Position numbers and translations under genes: made by a program
The notes under the pieces: generated by a model
Databases searched by the model: none
The model's input: only the letters and a program-made list of their open reading frames with translations
What the model was told of the DNA's origin: nothing
Part shown: positions 25,735 to 37,987 of the stretch, in pieces
How positions within the stretch are numbered: the stretch's first letter is position 1
How the letters are laid out: each line of letters begins with the position of its first letter
Assembly: GCA_964016885.1 (NCBI GenBank)
Contig: OZ024743.1
Coordinates: 259,780,001 to 259,844,000, forward strand
Source of the DNA: Eledone cirrhosa
Taxonomy: Eukaryota
DNA length: 64,000 nt
Reading direction: 5' to 3'

Positions 25735-25985
25735 TCAGATAGAATGTTTTGCGGTATTCGTTCCGGCTCTCTGCTCTCTGAGTTCAAATCTCACCGAGGT
25801 CAACTTTGCTTTTCATCTTTTCGAGGTCGATAAAATAGTTATTTCTATTTTTTGGCACAAGGCCAGCAATTTTCAGTAGATTACTGGTACTTTATTTTAT
25901 CGACCCTGTAAGGATGAAAGGCAAAGTTAACCTCGACGGGATTTGGTTAACTTTGCCTAAAATAGTACCAGTCGAATACTGGGCT
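25735..25985. mobile_element. Nested SINE family A fragments in both orientations
   Basis: Plus fragment 25735-25838, minus fragment 25839-25945, short plus remnant to 25985. Confidence 0.8.
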
Positions 25986-26647
25986 GTTTCTTCTTTTATT
26001 ATCTCTTTCTCACTTCTCTCCACTAATCTCTTTCACACTTCCTATGGAAGAAATAGGCTGTGTTCCGACCTGGAGAGGAAATGGGCTCTACCGGGCGTAG
26101 AAAATGCGCAAGCAACGCTGTAGGAGACTACAACACCCCTACGACTCCACTAGGAGTTATGGGTTCATACATACATACACACACCAGTCTGATTACTAGA
26201 AGCCATTTTATTTTAATCCAGGGTTATCATAAACATGAAAGAAGGTCCTAAACTTTAGAAATTTTGAGTCTTCCTCACGTTACGTTACATGTCAAGGAGA
26301 AAATATTTTTTTTCTGTGGCCAGCATATTTACTAATAATTAGCAGAGGTGTAACTGAAAAAATATGCAACTCTTCGATGAATCACGCTATGTTCCGGCTA
26401 CGGCTGATCAATAATAGTTTCGTTGTCGCAAAGAACTGAACTCAATCTCCGTGACGGTTACATCAGAGTAAAATGTATTGTATCAGATGTAGCCTTTGCC
26501 TGCCTGCAGTGGTCAACTTTGTACATGTACCAAACATTATACACCAATGACTGAAATTTTGATATTGAGATGCCTGTACTAAGATGGATCAGAGAGATTC
26601 CAGTTTAGTTATGTTATTCATTCTAAGAATATAACAATATAATCAGT

Positions 26648-26685
<38 letters not shown>

Positions 26686-28056
26686 AACAAAGCAAAGATA
26701 AACAGAATAAAGTTGCGAAATCACCAACAATGGCAATTTTAGAAACATCAGTGGGATAAACATGAAAAAGCCACAACAATGGAAGTTTTCAAAGCCGTAT
26801 ATAATTCGGCTTAATGTCAATCTTCATGCTAGAATAACTGTCATGGAAATGTCAATATTATTATTTCATAGATCAGAAGAATTATACTTTCTTTTACTTA
26901 TTCTCTCGTTTCCCTCAGGGCTGTATCTGATCGAATCCATTAATTAAATTTTTGGACTAGCAGCCAAACCCTTGTTTCTCGCCAACAAGCCGGCACGGTG
27001 CTATATCTATTCCTAGGTTTTAAATAGTTAGATGATGCAGTCTCCATTTCTGTAAATATGCACAATAGGATATTTACTAGAAGTAGTGGAAGCTCTATAT
27101 AATTAATAATTTTGTTCCTTTGGTTCCTTTCTGAGGCAAATTCTTCGACTAGGCAATATTCTAATATTATAATAAAGAACATCTTTATGAGACATCACTA
27201 CAAACTGTTGGATTACAACTAGAGTCAATAGGAAAGAATCTATTCTGTTGCAGAACCTGCTTGAAAGACCAATCAACTATTTTAATTTACAAGCAACTTG
27301 TAAAGTCGTTGGGGCGCTGTAGTGACATACAACGTTCTTGAGCATTTTTTAAAAATCTGGCAGAGCCCACCTTCTCTCCATTTCTGAACACAGCAGATTT
27401 CTCCCAGAAAACGATAGAAAGTAAGAGAAGGGAATTGAGAAAGATTTGACCCCAATACTAGACTGGTACTTTTTTATCGACCGTAAATGACGAAAGGAAA
27501 ATTCACATACTAACATCTTTTAAAAGGATAGATCGTATATTATCGGCCTAGATACAGTTTGTCTGAATAAAGAAGTGAATGGTCAAGACTGTAACGTCAG
27601 GAATCATAGGCTTGTTCCATCAAGACTGATATGGTGTTAAACAACAACAGTAACAACAATTAGATTGTGACTAGTCATTCAACAAATGGGGTTACTTCAT
27701 CATTATTCGAAATACCACAAATAGCAATCAAATCTTATCCCCGTGTCGTGGGGGTCGGGGTATGCTGTGACTGACTGACAAAACAAAAGAAACAATCACA
27801 ACATTGTGTAGCAATATGTCTTTAGTCAAGACATTTGCATCTTACATTCTCCAGTTGGCCAAGATGTAAACTGGTACGATGCTGAACGTACGAAATACTG
27901 CAAAAGCATATATTTCATCGCCGACAAGAGTTTTGTGAGTGAGAATGCGACTCACTCTAAATACTGTCTCAGTGACAGTGTGGTATTCTATTATTGTGTC
28001 ATTATTCTGTTATTTCTGTCGTTTATTACATTACAATTTGCTTATTTTGTTATATA

Positions 28057-28156
28057 AAGGGTGTCCCAAAAAATGTATATACACTTTGATTACCTGTACA
28101 GGCAATATTTATTAGAATGCTGTTGAATTGTGTTTACATTTTTGGAGGACACTTTG
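28057..28156. mobile_element. 100-bp Tc1/mariner-type MITE
   Basis: Imperfect terminal inverted repeats AAGGGTGTCCCAAAAAATGTA and TACATTTTTGGAGGACACTTTG, with TA on both sides. Confidence 0.7.
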
Positions 28157-28422
28157 TATATCTGATGAAATTTGTTGCATTTATCCTATAATGGAAGGAG
28201 CGAAGATGGATACAAAATTCCAAATCAAACCATATTAAAATGGAAAATAATTGTTAAAGCGGTAGATAAAAAAACTTGCGATATTCGTTGCAGTTTTTTG
28301 TAATATTGAAATCTTGAAATCTTGCTGATGTTTGTTTTGCCTTTCATTATCTTGGAATTATGGTGTCAATATATAAGGTAGCAGTCCTGTCTCGTGCTGT
28401 TGTCTCTCCCTCTCTCTCTCTA

Positions 28423-28540
<118 letters not shown>

Positions 28541-31500
28541 GTGAGTGAGAGAGTGAGAGAGAGAGAGAGAGAGAGTGAGAGAGAGAGAGAATGGAAAACG
28601 AAAAATCAGTGATGCATCGAAACTCAATTTATTGTGTGTTACAATTGTTTCCCCGGTGAACAGCTCGAGGTGCGATCTGTGTGTGGATCGACCTGACTCT
28701 GGACTCGCAGGTTCCTCGGATACGTCTATTGATTTCGGAGCATATCCTATATATATATATTTTCACATGTTTGGTGTTTTTATAAAGTATTCTGTCGACT
28801 CGTGCTGAGAACTGCGTTAAGGTTACACTTGTTTGTTGGGATACTCAGTTACTTTTACGTTAATTTCACAAGTTGGAACTCAGTTGGTCAAACAATTGAG
28901 AATGTTCATAAACAATTCTGACTGAGAATTCAACATACAGGCTAAAAATTTGGAATCTAATTAACTAGAAAACGAGATAAAATACCTAAACTTAAGAAAA
29001 TAAAAAAAGTAAAGGAGCTGATCGTCAGGTCAAACAAAAGAACCGAGAACTCTATTAGTCTTTCCACTGTCGATTCTATCTGCCGGTCACTATTCCTGCG
29101 ACCAAAATATGAAAACATGGCCTTCAAGATTGAAGAGTTACTAGGGGGAAACCGAAGAAATAGAATAAATGAAATTATACTTTTCTTCACTATGTATATA
29201 CTAAGAAATCATTGTATTTAGAGACTTTTGTTTTGTCGAAAAACTCTGATGGATGAAAATCCATTTCGATTCCGGTGTGATACGGAATCGGAAAAAAAAG
29301 CAATGGATTATACCTTGAATATAACCATGATCTCTACTAAGATGAAAATCTCTTTAAGCATGATAAACCACTGGAGTTAATTGGCTCTGGCTTATCTATA
29401 GAAACAAATGATACCTTGAACAATATCTATAATTAAATATATTTTTAAGCAGAAGAATCCAGAAAAAATAACGTTATAAATGAAGATTGATTACTTATAG
29501 TTTATCAAGGAAGTGAAATGATAATTGTTTCATCTTGATGGATATCTCAGTGCTATCAGAGGTAAGTGAAATGAAATTAGCTTTCTGGAATTTTGAAACA
29601 TAACTGTACGGCGTCCGCATGTTACGTATTTAGATTTGATTGAAAGAAGAACACTAGAAACACAAAGCTATTTGTTTTAAAAATGGACATCTTTAGAGAT
29701 CGTTAAAAGTAGTATTTGTTGTGAAGAGAATTTTCTATCTAACCCGCGGCAAATGTTTAACATTTTAAGAATTTTATAATTAATATTCGACATCTGGTGT
29801 CAGTTAAAGGGAAGTCTTGAACCAGTAGTATGATTTAAATAGCTGTTCAGTTAAATTTAGATTTGCTGTTGATGCTGTTAAATATCAGACAAAGACAATA
29901 ACTTAATATATTCTATTTGTAATGGACAATTAGAGGTATGTTTATTGCAATTTTTATTCAAATGATAATTAAATTCAAAATATTTTGTTTGAAAGCTATA
30001 CAATAATTGTAGCCTTAACACTATACATAGCATTACAGCCAGGAAGTCTCTGTGCACATTATATCATGTGCTATCTACAATTGCTTTACTGCAGATCTAA
30101 TGTGTCTCTACGAAGTTCAGGACAACACAGTGTACTTGGGTACGCAGATAAGGATGGAACTCTAGCATGTAATAGCTTAAATCTAAATGAGATAACACTC
30201 GGCTGATATTTTCCAAATTACATGGTCTGGTAGTTCTGACATTTGTGATATTTTATTGACTAATAAAATCAGATTGTTTATCTAATTATATATATATGTG
30301 TGTTAAGCAAATCGAAAATATGTTTCTGTAAAATTGTGTTTGTGTAACAGTCTATGAGCCTGGTTTACATAGATTAAATAAAATAAAGAACGAAATAACA
30401 TCACTAATCGAAACATGTAGAGAAAATTAAAAGAGTTTTCGTAAATACAACAATAAACTATATGTAACCTATCCTTTCAACAAAAATGTATTGATGGTAA
30501 AATAAGGAAATGATAATTACTCTGCTCGTGGTTTGTAAATATAGAATATAATAGAACTGAATTTAGGCAAAATATAACCAATTTTAATTTACATCTCCTA
30601 ACGTAAAAGTTTAAAGATATGTATGTGAATGTAAATAAATGTGTTTTCGTTTTGCAAAGTTAAATAGGATAATTATTGTGTCATTGGAATACACGTGATT
30701 TGAGAAAATAGGTTAAAATAGGATAAATTCAAAAATAGTAAATACAACATATTAATTTGAAACAATCATGGAAAGCTTACATAAATCTGAGAGCAAGAAT
30801 ATACAGTTATTTTTTGTGTTTCGCAAAGTCAACTGTATGTGTGTAAAATATATTCATACATAATAATTTCTTAATAATAAAGTCAAGGTTGAGTGGATAA
30901 CGTTTCTTTTCATTAAACAATATATATTATATTAAACCAAAGAGAATATGTGATTAAAATAGTACAATATAAACGGCAATAAGGAAATGAAAAATAAAGG
31001 GAATTAAAAGAAGAAAAGAAAAGAAATTGAGCAATGAAAGAAAGCGGAAGAAGATGGAATGAAGCAACAGACTATACACCACAGCTTCAGTGGTATGTTT
31101 CGGCTGCGCCCCGCAGCCACAGTGGCGAAGGCATTGTTGCGAGGAATGGTCAGCGGCACACGCTACAATACCCCCACCCTTACACACACACTTTACGGGC
31201 CTGCTTTCTCCGGTGAGCAGCTGTCTTTATGATTTTACAGAGGAAAACATCAGTGGATAAATAACTATTATCCTTTCTAGCTAAGGATGAAATTCGACTG
31301 CCAACATGAAACAATGAAACGGGAGAACAAAGTAACAACTTATGCATGCTTGTTGAACACCGAAAAACCTGTCTTCTCTTAAATATCCAAAACATGGCTC
31401 AACCGACTACTAGTTTCTAATTGGCCGAAATTACGTACTTGGAAACAGTGAAATAAAAGTTTCGTTTACGCGAATTCACAATAAATGCATGTTATATATA

Positions 31501-31600
31501 CAGAAGAAATATGATTTTAAAGTAGCAACAAATGTATATGACCAAATGTTACTTAATCATCAGAGATTACGTATGAACAAAATAATTTATTTATAAATCC

Positions 31601-31632
<32 letters not shown>

Positions 31633-31637
<5 letters not shown>

Positions 31638-32296
31638 AATATAATTTCAGCGAGATCGTATTTCGGCTGTGGTAAAAAACAAAGCGAAACGCAATTTTCG
31701 AGATATGCGGCAAGTGGTCAATGGACTAAAAGAAGACCAGAGCAATTAACATACGTTATAGAGGCCAGACAAACTGAAAACGGCGGTCATGAAGCTATCA
31801 ACCACAGGAGCCAAAAGAACGAAGCAAGCTAAACAGGTTAACAAAAGAATTTACCCGGACCTCCTGGAAATTGATGGTATAATCCAGTGGGAGGTTTCTA
31901 TGACATCTAAATCAATTATACGGCCTGCTTTCATTGTAAGCTTTTGGTATAATGATCGAACAAGGCTGCCAATTCGTCAACAGGTATTTTGTTCTCAGCC
32001 GGTGAGAGGGTTCCAATGCATTAGTAGTGTTCGAGTGCTTACCCCACGTGTTTACCCTGCAAGGGAGGTAACCCCGCTTTTTGGTGGATGCATTCAGAAT
32101 GTGTAAAATTATTGCAAGAATTGCAAAATACTGCACAAATCGAATTAAGTTCACGACCGGGTTGTTTTTAAATAAACTTAAGCAATTAATTAGTCAATAG
32201 AATTGTCTAATAGAATTAACTAATTAATTGCTAGGCCCGGGAGATTAATACAAATATAATTTCAGCGATATCGTATTTCGGCTGTGGTCAAGAAAA

Positions 32297-32335
<39 letters not shown>

Positions 32336-32414
32336 ATTTTTTTATTTTTTTTATTTTTTTATTTTTTTTTTTACCACAGCCGAAATACGATCTTGCTGAA
32401 ATTATATTTGTATT
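31633..32414. mobile_element. Non-coding element with 41-bp direct terminal repeats (615-bp period) plus a third inverted copy, in (TA)n
   Basis: ATACAAATATAATTTCAGCGA.ATCGTATTTCGGCTGTGGT at 31633-31673 and 32248-32288; reverse complement at 32373-32414. Confidence 0.75.
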
Positions 32415-33160
32415 ATGAAAGAAAACACTTTTTTCGCTCTACATGGCTGAATACAATAAATGTATTCTGAGTTTTTCGAATATTAATAATTGTTTCTACT
32501 TAAGGCACAAGGACAGCAATGCCCAGTACATTACTGATACTTTATTTTATCGACCCCGTAAGGATGAAAGGCAAAGTCAACCTCGGCGGGATTAGAACTC
32601 AGATCGTAAAGGGACGTAACTATGCTGGAAAGCATGGCGTCCGACACTCTACCGATACTGCCAATCCACTCGAATATTAATAACATTCGATTCGTTTGCA
32701 ATTATGCAAACAAGCCTCAATTTTATAGCCATGTCAGTAGAATAAACCCTTCATTCTTTCTCTTGTGTTGGCATGTGAACAGAATTGCAGACACTAATGA
32801 TTCTGTGTATCACCGTACATCAGTACAGCTCATTGTTCAACTGCCAAACTATCAGAGCTAGTGAAAACATATGCTAGTTTCAAAAATACACAGTGACTGA
32901 TTGGCCTGATTTGCATATTAGCAGACTGACAGTTTGCCAGGTGAATAGTGAGCTGTACTAATGAAGTGTGATACCCAGAAACATTAGTTTCTGCAATTCT
33001 GTTCACATGTCAACACAAGAGAAAGAATGAAGGGTTCATTCTACTTACATGGCTATAAAATTGAGGCTTGTTTGCATAATTGCAAACGAATCGAAGGTTA
33101 TTATTAATATTCGTTAAACTCATTTATTGTATTCAGCCATGTAGAGCGAAAAAAGTTTTC

Positions 33161-33167
<7 letters not shown>
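32414..33167. repeat. Inverted-repeat element with decayed HHRs in both arms; left arm interrupted by a SINE
   Basis: Arms about 32414-32870 (minus the SINE) and 32915-33167. Two-arm consensus TGTA-CTGATGA..GAAA-CATTAGTG-TC-TGCA at 32954-32995 (+) and 32786-32827 (-). Confidence 0.8.
32490..32669 (-). mobile_element. SINE family A with 14-bp target-site duplication
   Basis: TCGAATATTAATAA at 32476-32489 and 32670-32683; the opposite arm of the hairpin shows the empty site. Confidence 0.93.
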
Positions 33168-33231
<64 letters not shown>

Positions 33232-33404
33232 TATACGATATATTAACAAATGGAAACTATATTTATAAAACCATATTTATTTCCTTATACATATTTCAAG
33301 GACACCAAGTTAAATTATGGTGTGCTTTCATCAGATAAAATATAATATAGATCAGTTTTATAAATAAATATTGACATACCCTTAAAGAATGCGACCATTT
33401 CTGG

Positions 33405-33502
<98 letters not shown>

Positions 33503-33528
33503 GTATATGTATATTTACAGAGAGAGAG

Positions 33529-33822
33529 AAGACGCGTGGCTTAACGGTTGGTGTGTTTAGCTCAGGGTTGTAAGGTTGTGTGTTTGGTCCACCAGTAAGA
33601 AATTTTATTTTATATTCTCCCAGTCCCTTCATCTAGCAAAAATGAATTTCACCTTTAATTCAAAGACCCACCCATAACACATTCTCCAATGCTGATTCTC
33701 CCTGAGAGCTATATTAAAAGTACACGTATGTGTAGAATGCTCAGCCTTACGCACATTAATTTCACAACCAGGCTAGTACGTTGGTCGAACAACAACACTC
33801 ATCGTCGGAACTGACGGAGATC
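33529..33822 (+). mobile_element. Degenerate tRNA-derived SINE (GCGTGGCTTA..GGTT head)
   Basis: A-box-like head; tail resembles an octopus SINE as recalled, not searched. Confidence 0.55.
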
Positions 33823-34889
33823 CAAAACACATATTTGTTGCGTACTTGTGTCGAGAGAATGAGAGAGAAATAGAAACTAGCTAAATACATTTAAACATTG
33901 AAATTCATATTATACAATAAATGATTCTATTTCATCAAATAATGAAACATGGATGATAATGGTTATGCAAAATAACTTCTGTGCTATCAATAATTATCTG
34001 CCAAACCTCATATAATTCAACATTTATGTTTCAAATTTTTTATTCAATTTTTAAGAAATTGCCTTTAGAAATATTTAAAAAATATTCCTCACCAATAAAT
34101 TGTCGATATAACTCCATCAAAATAAGCCCCTCCTCATAATTGTGAATTATTATTTTTACTAAAGAAATTAGCTTTTTTCTATCCATATTTGATAATTACA
34201 TTATTATTAATTAGAACAAGATATCGCTGATTATTTGCCTTAGCTTGCGATACAGGTTTTCTATTTTAATAGATCAATAACTGGTAATCATATTACCTCA
34301 GAAAATTGGATTTCGAAATAAGTATTAAAAGGAATCATTGAGCACTGACATGCTAATATCGAGAGAAATTACAATAAATTGAGAGGTGTCATAAATTAAT
34401 GGATTAGATGTTGGCATGTGAAATAATAGCGCAAATACATACTACAGCGAGGTCAGCCTTCTCCTACTTTTGTTAATAACCAAAGTCGTCAACCAATCCA
34501 GATAAAATTTAATGGTGTATCCACAACGAGATTTCTCATGTTCCTGATTAGAACCACTTACTTGGCACATATAAAAACATACATTTTGATTCTGTATTTT
34601 GACAAAATAATTGTAAAGCTGTAGAAGGATGTGGCATCGAGTTGTTTTTTTGTTTTAATCGACCCTGCTACCACCATTATCACACTACCTCGAACGACTG
34701 ATTAGGTCGATATTTACAGATGAAATTGACAGTGATATGCAAGAGTATATAGATGGGCTTGTACCTGCTAAAGAATCGAACGTAATTAAAACAACATAGT
34801 AATAAAAGAAAATCAAAATAAAAGAACATTCTCGTGTCTATATATAATTATAAGCTTACAAAATAATACTAAACGTAATGATGGTGAAT

Positions 34890-35035
34890 TTGCAAAGCCG
34901 TCAGAACGTCAGATAGAATGCTTTGCGGAATCCGTTCGAGCTTCCTGCGCTCTGAGTTCAAATCCCGCCAAGGTCAGCTTTGCCTTCCATCTTTTCGGAA
35001 TCAAAAAATAAAGTAGTAGCCCATTACTGGGATCA
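34890..35035 (+). mobile_element. Older SINE family A relative (similar remnants at 13915-14062, 27430-27505, 42997-43125)
   Basis: CTGAGTTCAAATCCCGCCAAGGTCAGCTTTGCCTTCCATC. Confidence 0.75.
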
Positions 35036-35334
35036 ATTCATTCTTCATCACTTTTATCGGCTCACTTTCTTCAGAGGGAAGCAACTATGTTCAGATCTGG
35101 AGAGGGGTGGAGCCAAATATAGATGCTCAAGACACGTCTTCCATATATCACTACAAGCGATCAAACTGGTCATTTACACTATAACGTGTGTCCTACTTGA
35201 TCAATTAAACTCAAGCGTCCAGTTTACCAGTACATTAACAGTTCGGGGTGTATTTTACCGCAACCATCAAGCCATTGACTAAAAACAAAATGATAAAACA
35301 CACGTAAAACGTTCATTGAATGAAAGATCACAAA

Positions 35335-36320
35335 CCAACGCCACTGAGGTCTCAGTAGAGAGGTCATTGCATCACAACATAAGCTCAGGCCACAGTAGAG
35401 TGGTCATGTCATTACATCACAACATCAGCCGAGGTCACAGTAAAGAGGTCATGAGGTCACATCATTACATCACAACATCAGTTGAGGTTTCAGTAATGAG
35501 GTCAGGTCATTACACCACGTCATCAGCTCAGGTCACTGTAGAGAGGCCAGTAGGTATTTACACAACATTAGCTGAGGTCACAGTAGAAAGGTCATGTCAT
35601 TACATGACAACATCCACTGAGGTCACAGTAGAAAATTTAGGTCATTACATCACAACATAAGCTAAGTTCTCAGTAGTGACGTCAGGTCATTACATCACAT
35701 CAGCTGAGGTCACAGTAGAGCGGTCAGGTCATTACATCACATCAGCTGAGGTCACAGTAGAGTGATCAGATCGTTACACCACATCATCAGCTGAGGTCAC
35801 ACTAGAGAGGTCATGTCATTACACCACAACATCATCTGAAATCGCAGTAGGAAGTTTGGGTCATTATATCGCAACATAAGCTAAGGTCTCAGTAGTGACG
35901 TCAGATCATTACATCACAACATCAGCATAGGTCACAATAGAGAGGTCAAGTCAGGTCATTACATCACGACATCAGCTGAAGTCCCAGTAGAGAGGTTAGG
36001 TCATTGCATCACAACATCAGGTGAGGTCACACTAGAGAGGTCAGGTCATTACATGATAACATCAACTCAGGTCACAGTAGAGAGAGGTCAGTAGGTATTT
36101 ACAACACATTAGCTGAGGTCACAGTCGAGAGGTCAGGAGTTAATTACATTACAGCGTCAACTGAGGTCACAGTAGAGAGGTCAGGAGTTAATTACATTAC
36201 AACATCAACTGAAGTCACAGTAGAGAGGTCAAGAGGTCATTACACAAAAATGTAGAGAGATCATGAGCTCATAACACCAAAACAGCAGCTGATATCTTCG
36301 TTGATAGATCAGGTCATTAG
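35335..36320. repeat. Minisatellite, about 42-48 bp unit (CATCACAACATCAGCTGAGGTCACAGTAGAGAGGTCAGGTCATTA), about 21 copies
   Basis: Contiguous imperfect tandem units with no unique spacers. Confidence 0.93.
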
Positions 36321-36770
36321 ACATAGTAGACAAAGGACAATGGAGTAAACCACACGCTTAATTATCCCCATCCCCACCCCCACCACTGCAAGAAGATAGA
36401 ATGTCAGATTAAATCTCCTGAAGTTGTTGGTTTCCTCTATTTTAAGTTCCATGTTCATATCTCGATAAATTTGTAACTTTCATTCAAGCGGAATAAATAC
36501 AACAATAGTCACTACCACGGGTGATTTTATCGATTTTAACTCGGACTCTATAAGTTGATGTTTTGTTCCAAAGTGAAAAATCAATCTTCTTGTAAGAAGA
36601 AAGAAAAAGAAATCGGAAGAAACGATTAAGTTAATTTGCTCCTGTTTTTCACTCTGTATGTTTCGATTCTGATAGTGAAAAATCTAATGTGTCTAGAGTT
36701 GTCTGCACCTGCACATTGTGTTTATACATATCTATCTGTCTATCTATCTAACCATCTCTCTCTCACTCTC

Positions 36771-36883
<113 letters not shown>

Positions 36884-37044
36884 AATTGGTGCTCTGAAAT
36901 AGCGATATATATATGAATGTATATATAGTGTATTTTGCAATACACTGTATGCTTAATTAAAAGCATTTTGAAGACCTTACGCTATTGTTTTAGAGTAGTG
37001 ACAGTTTCACTTACTTTAAATTTTCAGCAAACAGGGGGAGATAA

Positions 37045-37089
37045 AGCTGACAGAGCTCTGTTTCGTACTATTTGGTACTTATCAAAGCT
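37045..37089 (-). ncRNA. Type I hammerhead ribozyme, U3-A8 core
   Basis: Minus strand AGCT-TTGATAA-GTAC caaata GTAC-GAAA-CAGAGCTCTG-TC-AGCT; stem I extends past an internal loop (CAGGTGGAG / CTCCCCCTG). Confidence 0.88.
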
Positions 37090-37318
37090 AAGTACTCCAC
37101 CTGCCTGCTGAAAATCATGAATGTTTGATTCTTATAGAATTCTAGTAATAATCAGGAACTGATTATACATTCATATATATATCGCTATTTCAGAGCACCA
37201 ATTCTAATTTTCAATTTCTGCATGACCGGCAACCGCTCTATATAATCAGTTCCTCATTATTACTAGAATTCTATAAGAATCAAACATTCATGATTTTCAG
37301 CAGACAGGTGGAGTACTT

Positions 37319-37363
37319 AGCTTTGATAAGTACCAAATAGTATGAAACAGAGCTCTGTCAGCT
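37319..37363 (+). ncRNA. Type I hammerhead ribozyme, U3-A8 core (other arm)
   Basis: AGCT-TTGATAA-GTAC caaata GTAT-GAAA-CAGAGCTCTG-TC-AGCT; GUC cleavage after 37359. Confidence 0.85.
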
Positions 37364-37476
37364 TTATCTCCCCCTGTTTGCTGAAAATTTAAAGTAAGTG
37401 AGACTGTCACTACTCTAAAATAATAGCCTAAGGTCTTCAAATGCTTTTAATTAAGCATACAGTGTATTGCAAAATA

Positions 37477-37545
<69 letters not shown>

Positions 37546-37556
37546 TAACAGATTAA

Positions 37557-37607
37557 AGTTTAAGCAAAGAATCGCTGCTTTCACCCTTAACGGGATCTTC
37601 TGAAACT
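37557..37607 (-). ncRNA. Hammerhead-like motif with CAGAAGA core; 72-bp solo insertion from the 3' end of the 46.5-48.8 kb Penelope family
   Basis: Minus strand AGTTT-CAGAAGA-tCCC gttaa GGGt-GAAA-GCAG cgattct TTGC-TT-AAACT; matches 46518-46593. Confidence 0.65.
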
Positions 37608-37624
37608 AACAATATATATATATA

Positions 37625-37944
37625 TGTGTGTTTTGCATTGTTTTTTTATATGAAATCATGTGTCGAAACAGATATTGTTATACTTGAGGAAGGTCATATT
37701 GTTGTAATAATATTGCCAGAAATAATAACAGAACACACTCACTATTTGGTTGGTTTTCGCTTCTGTATCACCATAGGTAATTTATTTGGCAATCAACTTT
37801 TATCATTTATTGACCAACGGTTAAAAATACAGATATAAATATATATATATATAGTCTATCAAAGTTGTTTCGTTGCTCATCAGCAACTATCATGTTCCCT
37901 CCTATTGTATTGTATTGCATTGTAATGTCTACGCCATTTTTATT

Positions 37945-37987
<43 letters not shown>

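Noticed and set aside
26250-27420. Possible old LINE endonuclease or RT debris (also 43190-43690)
   Set aside because: Motifs too decayed to call by eye.
35335-36320. CRISPR-like periodic array
   Set aside because: Contiguous degenerate units, no unique spacers, no cas genes, eukaryotic context.
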